NCBI GenBank assembly: GCA_016927855.1
Contig: JAFGLV010000163.1
Coordinates: 1-56,901 of the forward strand
Reading direction: 5' to 3'
DNA length: 56,901 bases
Source of the DNA: Sedimentisphaerales bacterium
Lineage (GTDB): Bacteria; Planctomycetota; Phycisphaerae; Sedimentisphaerales; Anaerobacaceae
The position numbers and the translations under genes are program-made. The notes beneath the pieces were generated by a model. The model was given only the letters and a program-made list of their open reading frames with translations. It was not told the origin of the DNA and ran no database searches. Positions 10,601 through 19,501 of the stretch are shown one piece after another. Each line of letters opens with the position of its first letter. Position 1 is the stretch's first letter.

Positions 10601-11299
10601 GTAGGTGTTGACATACTCGGTCAGTATCGGCAGCGGATCGTTCGGGTCCAGGAAATCGGTCAGCGTCTCGGTTAGCGTGTCGCCTTCGAGGTTCATCCAG
10701 TCGCGCCGGTTGGCCTCGACGCGCTCCACGTCCACACCCGCCTCGGAGAGCTTTTCCTTGAGACTGTCGAGCGCAGCGGTGAGTGTGTCACGCTGGTTCT
10801 GCGCTTCGGCGCGCTCGTCGTAGATGGAGGCCAGATCGGTGAGGATCTCCAGTCGATTGGGATCGTTCATCGCGTAGGCGCGGAGGTCCTCCATGCGCTG
10901 CTCCTCCGGCTGCTGCAAGGCGCGCATGATCGTCGCCGGATTGACGTTCTTACGCAGCAGGGCGTCCAGCGCGTCGTCATAGGCCTGGCGTCGCTCCTGC
11001 GTCTCCTTGCTGGCCAGCGGCATTTGGATCTCGAAACGCGTGTTGCCCTGCGGCCGCCAGATCAGGTTCTGGATATTGGCTGGGTCGATGCGCCGGCGCA
11101 GGACGGTGATCATGCGCTGAGCGAGGTCCTTTTCTTCATCGGGGGTCATTCCCTCGGTGTCAATGGCGTAAATCATGCTTGTGCCGCCGGCCAGGTCGAT
11201 GCCCTGCTTGAGGGTCTCGCTCGGGGGATACAGGGTCCACAACGCGAGGGCCACCAGAACGACAACTAAGACGCTTTTCGGCACCAGATTCTTGTTCAT
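7604..11299 (-). CDS. secDF: Protein translocase SecD-SecF fusion (1231 aa) with a very long periplasmic P1 domain
   Basis: N-terminus MNKNLVPKSVLVVVLVALALWTLYPPSETLKQGIDLAGGTSMIY is a SecD signature. Two RND-like 6-TM bundles (…IGPSIGAENRDQGITAGIIGLIVV…; …SINQTLSRTIMTSFTTFIVVLVMYIWGG…). Lies in the conserved tgt-yajC-secDF context. Confidence 0.9.
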   Translation of the reverse strand: MNKNLVPKSVLVVVLVALALWTLYPPSETLKQGIDLAGGTSMIYAIDTEGMTPDEEKDLAQRMITVLRRRIDPANIQNLIWRPQGNTRFEIQMPLASKETQERRQAYDDALDALLRKNVNPATIMRALQQPEEQRMEDLRAYAMNDPNRLEILTDLASIYDERAEAQNQRDTLTAALDSLKEKLSEAGVDVERVEANRRDWMNLEGDTLTETLTDFLDPNDPLPILTEYVNTYKQQVDVLDRLTRAGGLNDRYEEAKRHLDQLNLTQDQITYALQLRANSAQRTERLEALKAQFPDRVAEIDRVVEAFDAYSPFQGQLDDPRDLQRMLKGAGILEFRILPTQERSELSTVEMERYVQTLMEKGPGYRLDNNHVWCEIENIEEWAVEGAVVAPFGDKYYVLASNQPNETMLHEAGSPDWSLEKANPSTDTTGRRAIAFRLDDKGGSLFWNLTQRNPGRPLCILLDKIAISAPEINPERPIGSEGLITGSFTQQQVNDMVNKLNAGSLPGRLIEQPISEKTIGPSIGAENRDQGITAGIIGLIVVMAVMLGYYIRAGAIADVALVLNILFVLAIMAGLRATFTLPGIAGIILTIGMSVDANVLIFERIREEQQKGSGLAVAIKNGYQRAFRAIFDSNLTTFITAAILYYVASEEIKGFAIVLMLGIASSMFTALFVTRVVFDFLVSKRVIKDQIKMLRLIREPNINWMGLRKVFLAISGALIVLGLLVFFTRDDAENNKYDIEFTGGTSVQINLKPDVALTRQDVEDRIILKGQELGNPALQAANVYSLGEPTGTTSSGESTFGQYEITTTATNMTRAVVTFSPGAAQSIDSMTAAIREAQAESNRDLSNLSVGPAAGGADSFVVSTTRVNPSVMRNILEKAFPTAQVAEPEIDEVVSNAVREAFEGQLEIQQNLEPVIVAQTRITDAQVDTYPELAQYIGGIQIEVRLGTPASLDEIDSRLKELRFKPDTQGLTWYPYALFGPDLKPVDANQPLESFVYVSTEPEAGLRELTEEEWDRFVANEKSRVLAATQLEATLPRVTQIDPSVGSEQKTRALIAIFLSLSAIVGYVWVRFGNFRYGVAAIVALVHDVIITLGAVTACAYIATTPIGSFLLIGDFKINLAMIAALLTLIGYSLNDTIVVFDRIRENRHKAQLTPQTITNSINQTLSRTIMTSFTTFIVVLVMYIWGGPGLRGFTFAIGFGVVIGTYSSIAIASPLLLFGMKAQQGKQKS

Positions 11300-11364
11300 A
11301 GGTTTTCCTGCTCAGTCTGTTTCTATCGAGGACTATTTTTTCTCCGACCGTTTGCGGCCGAGGT

Positions 11365-11796
11365 CTATTCCTTGCCGCCTTCCTGGGTGAGGTTGCGGCC
11401 GATCGCGGAGGTGGTGACCTTGATCTTGGTGTTGTTCGACTCGTCGATTTTGAGCGTCACCTCGTCGCCCTTGATGTCCACGACCGTTCCGAGGATGCCC
11501 CCAATGGTCCGGACACGGTCGTTCTTGGCGAGCGCCTGCACCATCTGCTTGTGTTTCTGCTGCTGTTTGCGTGGGCCGCGCAGCATGAAAACGTACATAA
11601 TCACGAATATGACCGCCAGGAAGATCAACTGCGTGGGAAATTGCGGGCCAGAGGGGGCGCCCGTCTGGTTGGGGTCCGGGGGGGCCTGGGTCTGCGAAGT
11701 GGTCTGGTCCTGGCCCTGTCCCTCCAGCGGCAGGTCGTTGACCTGCGAAGGCGCTCCATTGCCTTCCGCCCAGGCGATTATCCACGTATACTCCAT
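11365..11796 (-). CDS. yajC: Preprotein translocase subunit YajC with a Q/P-rich N-terminal extension
   Basis: …LIFLAVIFVIMYVFMLRGPRKQQQKHKQMVQALAKNDRVRTIGGILGTVVDIKGDEVTLKIDE… is the YajC core. Position between tgt and secDF is as expected. Confidence 0.85.
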   Translation of the reverse strand: MEYTWIIAWAEGNGAPSQVNDLPLEGQGQDQTTSQTQAPPDPNQTGAPSGPQFPTQLIFLAVIFVIMYVFMLRGPRKQQQKHKQMVQALAKNDRVRTIGGILGTVVDIKGDEVTLKIDESNNTKIKVTTSAIGRNLTQEGGKE

Positions 11797-11909
11797 AATT
11801 AGGTTCCTTTCAGGTCCTCAAGTATATTCGCGGTAGCGTATCCAGCGAGGGGAGAATTGTCAAATTCAAATGGCAGTTAGCCGCCGAAAACCCGGCTCGA
11901 TCAGGGGCG

Positions 11910-13022
11910 TTATCGGACGCGGCTTGGCCGGGCCAACTCCTGCGCGGCCCAGACGTCGAAATCACCTGACTCGATGTGCCGGCGGATCTCGGCCATCAGA
12001 CGCTGGTAGAACCTCAGGTTGTGCAGCGACAGCAGGATGGGACCGAGCATTTCCGAGCAGTTGAAGAAATGGCGGATCGCGCCGCGCGTGAAGTGACGGC
12101 AGGCGTAGCAATCGCAATCGGCTTCGAGCGGATCGCCCGAGTCGATATGGACGTTGTTGCGCAACCGCAGGGGTCCCTCCCGAGTGAAGGCGAAGGCGTT
12201 TCGTCCGTTGCGCGTGGGCAGGACGCAGTCGAACATGTCGACGCCGGCCCGGACCGCCGCGATGATGTCGATCGGCATACCGACACCCATGAGATAGCGC
12301 GGTCGGTCGGTCGGCAGCAGGGCGGCGGTGTGCTCGACGGTCCGGCGCATGTGCTCGTGACCTTCACCGACGCTCAGACCGCCGACGGCATAACCGTCAA
12401 AACCGATATTGACGATCTGTCCTGCGCAGTATCGACGCAACTCGAGATCGATCCCTCCCTGGACGATGCCGAACAGCAACTGGTCGGACCTGCGGTGCGC
12501 CGCCTTGCAGCGTTTCGCCCACTCGATGGTCCGCGCGACCGCGGTCTTCAGGCGGTCCGGCTCGACCGGGAAGGGCGTGCATTCGTCGAAGCACATGATG
12601 ATATCGGCGCCGAGGCGGTTCTGAATCTCGGTGGCCCTCTCGGCGCTCAGGTGGACTTTCGCGCCGTCGACGTGGCTGGCGAACTCGACCCCTTCGTCGT
12701 CGATGCGAGTCAGCGCGCTGAGCGAGAAGACCTGGTAGCCACCGCTGTCGGTCAGGATCGGACGGTCCCAGGCCATGAAGCGGTGCAGCCCTCCAAGCCT
12801 CTCGACGACCTCAGCGCCCGGCCGGAGCATGAGATGGTAGGTGTTGGCCAGGACGATGTCCGGCCCGGTGGCCTGAAGCTGGTCGGGCGTAATGCCCTTG
12901 ACCGCGCCGGCGGTCCCGACCGGCATGAACGCCGGGGTCTGGACGTTTCCGTGGGCGGTAGTGAGCACGCCGCGCCGAGCGGCGCTGTGCAGGTCGTTGT
13001 GGGTTATGCGAAAATGCGACAT
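11910..13022 (-). CDS. tgt: Queuine tRNA-ribosyltransferase (tRNA-guanine transglycosylase)
   Basis: MSHFRITHNDLHSAARRGVLTTAHGNVQTPAFMPVGTAGAVKGITPDQL…VLANTYHLMLRPG… plus the zinc-site CxCxxC…H near the C-terminus. Start placed at Met 13022 rather than the long ORF-track extension. Confidence 0.9.
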   Translation of the reverse strand: MSHFRITHNDLHSAARRGVLTTAHGNVQTPAFMPVGTAGAVKGITPDQLQATGPDIVLANTYHLMLRPGAEVVERLGGLHRFMAWDRPILTDSGGYQVFSLSALTRIDDEGVEFASHVDGAKVHLSAERATEIQNRLGADIIMCFDECTPFPVEPDRLKTAVARTIEWAKRCKAAHRRSDQLLFGIVQGGIDLELRRYCAGQIVNIGFDGYAVGGLSVGEGHEHMRRTVEHTAALLPTDRPRYLMGVGMPIDIIAAVRAGVDMFDCVLPTRNGRNAFAFTREGPLRLRNNVHIDSGDPLEADCDCYACRHFTRGAIRHFFNCSEMLGPILLSLHNLRFYQRLMAEIRRHIESGDFDVWAAQELARPSRVR

Positions 13023-13066
13023 GCGTGATTTGTCGATAGGCTCATTCGGACCTATTCTCCGTCTCC

Positions 13067-14365
13067 TCAGTAGACATTCACGATCTGGGCGCCGGGGTAG
13101 TAATACCGCAGGATCTCTCGGGCGTTCTTGCCGAGCCGAGCCAGTCCCTCGGCTCCGTACTGGCACATGCCGACGCCGTGCCCCCAACCGCGGCCGGAGA
13201 GAAAGGCCCAGCCGTTGCCCCAGGGAACGACCTGGCAGATCGTGCTCTGAAGCTTGCGGCCACTCGGGTCGAGTGTCAGACGCAGGTCTTCGCCGCGCAG
13301 GGTGTCGGTCTTGCCGGTCGAACCGACCAGCCGGACCCGGGTCAGCCGCGACGACGCGCCGTAGTCGCTTTTGTCCTCGACGATGATCTCCCTGATCTCT
13401 CCCAACGCCTTGAGGCTCGGGTACTTCCCGATCAAGCGCCGCGTCACGGTGTCACGATCGAACTGAGCCATCGGCCAGAAGTACAACCCCAATCGCGCCA
13501 CCTCCTTGCAGTAGGGACAGGCAACGCCGCTCAGCGGTGCGAACGTATCGCCGAAGACGCGCTCGCTGGACTCGGTATGGCCTCCGCAGATCGCGCTATA
13601 GTAGGCTGGGAAGAGCCCCGAAGCCGAGCCTGGTTGGCCGCCGGTGGTCAGCACCATTCCGTACGTGGCGTTGACCGCGTTCCAGATCGGCGTCGATTCG
13701 GCGCTGATCCCGCCATACACCTGGCTGGCCTGCGTGCTGCTGACGTCCCAAGTGCGGTTGGCACCGAAGCGGTTCTTGATGTAGAGGCAGTAAGTCCGCG
13801 CCGCAATGGTCTGGGCCTTTAACGCCTCCGGCTCCCAGTAGTCGGGCATCTCGGCGCCGACGACGCCGGCCAGATACGGCTCCAAAGGCACGAGGTTGAT
13901 CGCGGTGAAGGTGCGGCCGTCATTGTTGGCGGCCAGTTCGAGCTTGCCGCGGTAGTCCCGGCCGTTCAGCGTGAAGACATAGGGTTTCTCCGCGCTGACG
14001 AGGAAGCGAGTGCCCGCTATGGGGGTGTTGCCGAAGACGAACTGGCCACCGCCCAGCGTGACCTTCGCTGGTACGTTCGGCGGTAGCACGGCTTGTGCCA
14101 CTGAGATCTCGGGACCCAGAGTCGGCCGGCCCGCTCGCAGGGCCGCCGGCGCCTTGAGCGTACATTCCGTCGCGTTCGAAAGCAGCAGGACACGGACCCA
14201 GAACCGCGATTCAATGCCCATCTGGGGTGTCGGTCGCACGATCTCGCGCTGCTCGCAACCACCCAGAAGCGCCGCCAGCAGGACTATGCACGCGCGAACC
14301 CACGGAACGCTGGAATGGCGGAACAGTGGAATACGGGGATGTCGCGCGACGGTCCTACCCAACAT
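13067..14365 (-). CDS. SpoIID/LytB-domain protein (peptidoglycan lytic transglycosylase / amidase-enhancer family), lipoprotein-like N-terminus
   Basis: SpoIID core motifs …AQTIAARTYCLYIKNRFG…WDVSSTQASQVYGG… and …AYYSAICGGHTESS…; N-terminal hydrophobic stretch ending LLGGC. Confidence 0.8.
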   Translation of the reverse strand: MLGRTVARHPRIPLFRHSSVPWVRACIVLLAALLGGCEQREIVRPTPQMGIESRFWVRVLLLSNATECTLKAPAALRAGRPTLGPEISVAQAVLPPNVPAKVTLGGGQFVFGNTPIAGTRFLVSAEKPYVFTLNGRDYRGKLELAANNDGRTFTAINLVPLEPYLAGVVGAEMPDYWEPEALKAQTIAARTYCLYIKNRFGANRTWDVSSTQASQVYGGISAESTPIWNAVNATYGMVLTTGGQPGSASGLFPAYYSAICGGHTESSERVFGDTFAPLSGVACPYCKEVARLGLYFWPMAQFDRDTVTRRLIGKYPSLKALGEIREIIVEDKSDYGASSRLTRVRLVGSTGKTDTLRGEDLRLTLDPSGRKLQSTICQVVPWGNGWAFLSGRGWGHGVGMCQYGAEGLARLGKNAREILRYYYPGAQIVNVY

Positions 14366-14404
14366 TCCATCGTTCCATCATTCCACTGTCCCAGTGCGGT
14401 AAGA

Positions 14405-15715
14405 CTAATCGAGATTGCGGAGCGAGAGGCCCAGACCGCCCAGCGCCTTCTTGATCTCGTTGAGACTGGTCACGCCGAAGTTCTTGCAGCCCAGCAGCTC
14501 CGCTTCCGTAGTGCGCGTCAGTTCGCCAACAGTGTGCAGATTGAGCTTCTGGAGGCACTTGCGGGCTCGCACCGACAGTTGAAGGTCGTCAACGGTCTTG
14601 TTGAGCAATCCCTGGTCTTCCGGTGTACCCAGATCCAGGGCTTCGCCGGACTGGAGTTGCTTATCCTCCAAGGCCATCCCCAACCGGAGTCCTTTCGAGT
14701 CGAGGATCGTCTTGATCTCCCGCAGCGAGGTCTCGCCGAAGTTCTTATAGCTGAGCAGTTCGGCCTCGGTGATATTGAGCAGGTCGCCCAGTGTGCGAAT
14801 ATTCATCTTGCGCAAGCAGTTGCGGCTGCGCACCGAAAGCTCGAAGTCGGAAATGGGTGTCTCGAGGATCTGATTCTTGCGGCTGCGCTTCTTCTCGCGC
14901 TCCTCGTCGTAGTACATGGTTTTGGAACTGTCGACGTCCTTCTTGAACAAAGCCGCCCGCGCGTGGTTGGGGTGACATTCCAGCACCTTGTCGATACAGC
15001 GTGCTGCCTTCTCGAACTCGCCTCGATCCTCGTAGAGGACCGCCAGGTTCAGTAGAGCGCTGACGTAGGCCGGCGAGCCCTGCACGATCTGCTTATAGTA
15101 CTCGATCGCATGGCTCTCATGGCCCGAGAGATCGCAACGGTATGCCAGGTGAAACAGGGCCTGGTGGTGCTCCGGCGCCAGTTCCAACGCGGTCTGGTAA
15201 TCAGTGACAGCCTTGTCGTATTCGCCCAGGCTCTCGCGCAGGCGGGCGCGTTGATAGTGATACTCGGCGCTGACGTTCTCGAAATTGGCGCAACCTTGAA
15301 GCTCGTTCCGGGCGCCTTGAAGGTCGCCGGCCTGGCGGAGCAAAGCCGTCTTCTCCAGGCGCACGGCCAACGGCTCAGCGCCGAAGTCCAACGTTCGCCG
15401 GAGGCAGTCCATAGCCTCCTGGTATCGCCTACGCTTGCAGTACGCGGCGGCCAGGTAGCTGAACTTCTCCCGGCAATCCTGAGCCTTCTGAAGCTTCTCG
15501 ACCGCTTGGTCATAGTGCCTGAGCATGAACAACCCGATCCCCACCGCCAGGGCGGCGCCGGCTGAGGCCGACTCGGCCTGGGAGCGGACCTCTTCGGCGA
15601 ACCTCAGGCGGGTCGTTTCGCTGGAGTTGACGAAGCGAGACAGTGCTTGTAGCTGCTGCATCGACGGCAGTTGCGCTCCAAACAAACGAACGTCCATCTC
15701 GGCAGTTTGATCCAT
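14405..15715 (-). CDS. TPR-repeat protein fused to two tandem C-terminal domains resembling the RNA polymerase alpha-subunit C-terminal domain
   Basis: N-terminal ~270 aa carry TPR-like repeats (…AIEYYKQIVQGSPAYVSALLNLAVLYEDRGEFEKAARCIDKVLECHPNHA…). Two copies of an RpoA-CTD-like motif follow: …ISDFELSVRSRNCLRKMNIRTLGDLLNITEAELLSYKNFGETSLREIKTILDSKGLRLGM… and …VDDLQLSVRARKCLQKLNLHTVGELTRTTEAELLGCKNFGVTSLNEIKKALGGLGLSL…. Confidence 0.7.
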   Translation of the reverse strand: MDQTAEMDVRLFGAQLPSMQQLQALSRFVNSSETTRLRFAEEVRSQAESASAGAALAVGIGLFMLRHYDQAVEKLQKAQDCREKFSYLAAAYCKRRRYQEAMDCLRRTLDFGAEPLAVRLEKTALLRQAGDLQGARNELQGCANFENVSAEYHYQRARLRESLGEYDKAVTDYQTALELAPEHHQALFHLAYRCDLSGHESHAIEYYKQIVQGSPAYVSALLNLAVLYEDRGEFEKAARCIDKVLECHPNHARAALFKKDVDSSKTMYYDEEREKKRSRKNQILETPISDFELSVRSRNCLRKMNIRTLGDLLNITEAELLSYKNFGETSLREIKTILDSKGLRLGMALEDKQLQSGEALDLGTPEDQGLLNKTVDDLQLSVRARKCLQKLNLHTVGELTRTTEAELLGCKNFGVTSLNEIKKALGGLGLSLRNLD

Positions 15716-15934
15716 GAATCGTGTCTCCCAAAGGACCTGTTCTTGGCTATCCCATGTGAATGCCAGCTATTTGACAAACTGGCATTATAGGCATCCCTGA
15801 GAGTTCTGCAACAGGTTTTTGCATGCCCTCGGGGGTCGACCGGAGCACGCGCCCAGGGCCTGCCACGAGTCGGGGCCTCCCATCGCGTGGATGGAAGGCC
15901 CCGGAAAGACTGTAAGCAGAGCGCTGCTGCGCCG

Positions 15935-18874
15935 CTACGGCGTGGGAATCGGATGACCGAAAGCGAGGTCGTCGATATACAACAGCCCGGCGGCGTCCCG
16001 GCTCGGCTTGGTCTTGTCACCGACGCCGAGGTACACCTTCTTGATGCTCTTGGTGTTCACACCGGCCGCGGCCAGATCGCTCAAGGGCACTTGCCATTGT
16101 TGCCATGTGCCCAGTCCGATGGCGGCCGCGTCGGGATGGCTCACCGTGGCTTTCCTGCCGTTGCTGTCTTCCACCGCCAGATACAGCACGTCGATTCCGT
16201 TGCCGGCCGGCTGCTCGGCCTCGATATCTGCCGACTGCCATTGACCCGAAACGGTACCGCCGGTGGCGATACCGGAGAACTCCGCTCCCGTCGCTACCGT
16301 CGTGCTGACGCTACACACCGCCAGACCTACGTACACGTCGGACGCCATCGTGATATCCACGGTGGAGGCTATTGCTGTGACCGGCGCCCAAGTAACTCCG
16401 TCGGCGGAATGCTCGGCGGTGAATGTGTTGCCTTGCCGAGTGATCCTCACCCAGTAGGGCGCCGCCAGACCGGCCTGCGTCCCCACGGTGGCGGCGCTGC
16501 CGTTGGTGACGGAGCGATACTGGAAGGAAATGCCGTTCCTCGGCGAAACCAGGTTAAGGGCGTACGCCGAAGCGGGGTCAAGGCTCTCGCGGATCATCAC
16601 GCCGGCCTTGGCCCACTGATGGGTGTCGACGAGACTGTCGACGCGAGCGGTGATGGAGCCGTTGCCACTGAGGCGCTTGTAGACGAAACGGAACTGATCG
16701 GCGGTATACCAGATGTCGGCGCCGATGCCGTTCATGAGGATGTTGCTCTCAGACTTGACGAAGAAGCCGGCCGGAACGCCGCGGAAATAGACAGACAGCA
16801 CGTCGGCTCCGTTGATCGTCCAGTCTTGAGCAGGGGCTAGGGTCCGCTCGATTTCGGAGTTGGCAACGCCGCCGGTATTTTCATAGTAGAAAGGCATGGA
16901 CTGGCGGCCGCCGTGGACGATGGTCTTCTCTGCATAGGGGGGATTGTCGTGACCGACCTGCGAGCCGTTGCCGGTTACCTCGAACCCGTCGAGCCAGGTC
17001 TCATAGACCAGGCTGCCGGTCTCGTCCGTGTAGCCCTCAAAGCCATCGATGGTAATATACTCGGTGGTGCTGAAACTCCAGACGTCGCTTTCCCAGGCGC
17101 CGGGGACTTCTGCTTCGTTGACCTCATTGATCTTCCAGTAGTACGTGGTCCCGAGATTCAGAGGCCCGGGATCGTAGGCGCTGGCTGCGACGCTGTCGAC
17201 GATGGCGGTTCCGTTCACGACGGCCTCTTCGTCCGTGCCGAAATAGACCTCGTGCGTCGCCGCCTCCCGGCCGGTACGCCAATCCAGCGTGGCATTTGCA
17301 CTCACGTCGGTGGCGCCGGATGCCGGTTTCGGCTCACGGGCAAGCACGGGGACGTGGTAGAAGCGGACTTCGCTCAGGCCGTACCAGGTCCGCCCACCCC
17401 AGTTGCTCTGGACGTTGATCCTGAGGGACTTCGCCGCGATGCCGCCAAGGTCGATCGGCACGCCGACGTAGTCGGGCAGCCCGGGCGCCCGAGGTACCTG
17501 GAAGTCACCCAGGGTCATCCAGTCGTCCGCCTCCGTGCTGTACTCGACGGTGATGTCCTTCAACCCGAATCCGATGAGCGATTCGTACACGGTGTTGAAG
17601 TTCCAGACATGCATCTCATGGAGCTTGTAGACCGCGTCGAAATCGTACTGAATCCACACCGGTCCGCCTGTAGTGGCATCGACCTGCCACATGTCGCCGT
17701 CCGCGGTGGAATGCCGTCCGTCAGCGTCGAGTCCCGAGCCGTCGAGGGTCTTTTCGGGTCCGCCTGCTTCACCTGTGGAAGGAATCGAGGCCGAGGCGGT
17801 GACGTTGACGATCGGATACCCAAACGGCTCCGCGGTGAAGCTCCAGACTTCGCCAGGGAAGGGGGTATAGTCCGGCGGCCCGTTGACCTCGTCGACGCGC
17901 CAGTAGTAGGTCGTGCCGAATTCGAGCAGGCCGTCCGGGTCGAACGTGTTGGCGTCCTGTCCCGGGCCGACCAGAACGTCCAGCGGATTGGCGATGCTGG
18001 CGGTGTTGACGTCCTCAAAGCTCGTTCCGAAATAGACATCGTGAGTCGCGGCAAACTCGCCCGGTGCCCATGCCAGAACGACATCGCGAGGCACATCGGT
18101 GGCCTCGTCGTCGGGCACGGGTGAGCCGGCCGTGCCGGAGGTTGGTCCACGGCCTGCCATGACGCTCAGGACTTCCGCTTGGCTCAGGGGCGAATCATAC
18201 AGACGCAGGTCGTCGATCGTGCCGTTAAAGTAGTACTGGGCGGTGGGCGTATCGGCGCCGATGTAGAAATCGTGAGTCGAGGCCGCCATTCCCTGCGTGA
18301 CGGTCAGCAACCTGTCGACCGCGCCGTCGAGATAAATCGTCATGGTATCACCTGCGTCGTCGAAGACCACCGCGATGTGATACCACGTGTTCGTCGCCAT
18401 CAGGGTTCCGAGCGGCGGCGTTGTGTCATCCCGGCTGAAGTAACGCTGGTCACTGTCTCTCAGGTCGACTTCGAGGCGGTTGTTGTAGATGGCCGCTTTG
18501 ATGCCGCCGCCATTGGTCCACCCGGAGTTGTCGAGATCACTGCACACTTTGTGGTCGCCGGCCGCGGCGCGGTTCACCCAGAAGGCCATCGTGAATCCGG
18601 TCAAAGTCCCGCCGTCCCCCAGACTGGTAGAGGTGATGCCCTGGCCGCAGTTGAGATACTGGTTGCTGCCGCTGAGGGTGAGGGCCTGGCCGTACAGGCC
18701 GTCGGCGAAACCCGGAGTGCCAACAGCGACACCGGGATGGTCGTTGCCCGATGCATCATCAAAGTTACCATCGAACGTCCACCAGGCCACCATCCCGCCG
18801 CGGGCCGGACCAGCCAGGCCTGAGCCCAGTAGCAGAAACAGGGCCAGGCAAACCAGCTTCTTACACATGACCAT
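15935..18874 (-). CDS. Large secreted multidomain protein: signal peptide, LamG/concanavalin-like domain, two FN3-like ~80-aa repeats (…THDVYFGT…GTTYYWRVDEVN…), F5/8-type-C (discoidin)-like domain, and a C-terminal jelly-roll domain
   Basis: Signal peptide MVMCKKLVCLALFLLLGSGLAGPARG. LamG motifs (WWTFDGNFDDASGN…LTLSGSNQYLN…FTMAFWVN…IYLDGAVD…DDLRLYD). Repeat motif YYW[RK][VI][DN]E twice. Discoidin-like …WIQYDFDAVYKLHEMHVWN…RTWYGLSEVRFY. Confidence 0.75.
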   Translation of the reverse strand: MVMCKKLVCLALFLLLGSGLAGPARGGMVAWWTFDGNFDDASGNDHPGVAVGTPGFADGLYGQALTLSGSNQYLNCGQGITSTSLGDGGTLTGFTMAFWVNRAAAGDHKVCSDLDNSGWTNGGGIKAAIYNNRLEVDLRDSDQRYFSRDDTTPPLGTLMATNTWYHIAVVFDDAGDTMTIYLDGAVDRLLTVTQGMAASTHDFYIGADTPTAQYYFNGTIDDLRLYDSPLSQAEVLSVMAGRGPTSGTAGSPVPDDEATDVPRDVVLAWAPGEFAATHDVYFGTSFEDVNTASIANPLDVLVGPGQDANTFDPDGLLEFGTTYYWRVDEVNGPPDYTPFPGEVWSFTAEPFGYPIVNVTASASIPSTGEAGGPEKTLDGSGLDADGRHSTADGDMWQVDATTGGPVWIQYDFDAVYKLHEMHVWNFNTVYESLIGFGLKDITVEYSTEADDWMTLGDFQVPRAPGLPDYVGVPIDLGGIAAKSLRINVQSNWGGRTWYGLSEVRFYHVPVLAREPKPASGATDVSANATLDWRTGREAATHEVYFGTDEEAVVNGTAIVDSVAASAYDPGPLNLGTTYYWKINEVNEAEVPGAWESDVWSFSTTEYITIDGFEGYTDETGSLVYETWLDGFEVTGNGSQVGHDNPPYAEKTIVHGGRQSMPFYYENTGGVANSEIERTLAPAQDWTINGADVLSVYFRGVPAGFFVKSESNILMNGIGADIWYTADQFRFVYKRLSGNGSITARVDSLVDTHQWAKAGVMIRESLDPASAYALNLVSPRNGISFQYRSVTNGSAATVGTQAGLAAPYWVRITRQGNTFTAEHSADGVTWAPVTAIASTVDITMASDVYVGLAVCSVSTTVATGAEFSGIATGGTVSGQWQSADIEAEQPAGNGIDVLYLAVEDSNGRKATVSHPDAAAIGLGTWQQWQVPLSDLAAAGVNTKSIKKVYLGVGDKTKPSRDAAGLLYIDDLAFGHPIPTP

Positions 18875-19501
18875 CCTCCTTCAGTCAAGACAAGAACGAA
18901 GTCGCATTCTGCCCCACGCCGGGACAAAGATCCTCGGTCGTTCCCCACGAATCAACGCTGTAGTCGGCGCATCAGACGGCCTGCTTGCTCCCGATCAGCC
19001 AGGAATTGGTGGCTCGCGCACGCTTGCGGTCGGGATCTCCAGGTATGCCGACGTCCAGGTCACTTTCCTCCAACGAACCTGTGATCGCTGTGCGCCAACC
19101 GACGTTACCTCTCTGGTGCCCCAAGGGCCGTCTTTCCAGGCGCTGATGCGTTTTCACACGTTTGATATAACGTTAGAAATACCCCTGCCCCGGACGCCTG
19201 TCAAGAAGATTCTCCCTGGGGGGGCACTTCACCACTTCACCTGTGGGTACCACCCAGCTTGCCTCGGGCGCTCCGACCGGAGTCGATACCGGCCAGTGGG
19301 CCCCTACAGGGTTCTATCGTCCCATTCATCGCCGGTCTGAACTACAAGGGATGGATTGGGTCCCGGCAAGGATATTCCTCATTTGGGGCAGGCAAAACGC
19401 TTGTGCCCATTGAGCGCGAGAGCCGTATAGTGTGGGTACGCTGTATCCCTGATCCACGAGGTTTTTACTTGCCAGACTCAGGTTTCCATAGCAAGATCGG
19501 G

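Noticed and set aside
11976-13028. 350-aa + strand ORF opposite tgt
   Set aside because: Antisense artefact. The tgt reading frame carries all catalytic and zinc-site motifs.
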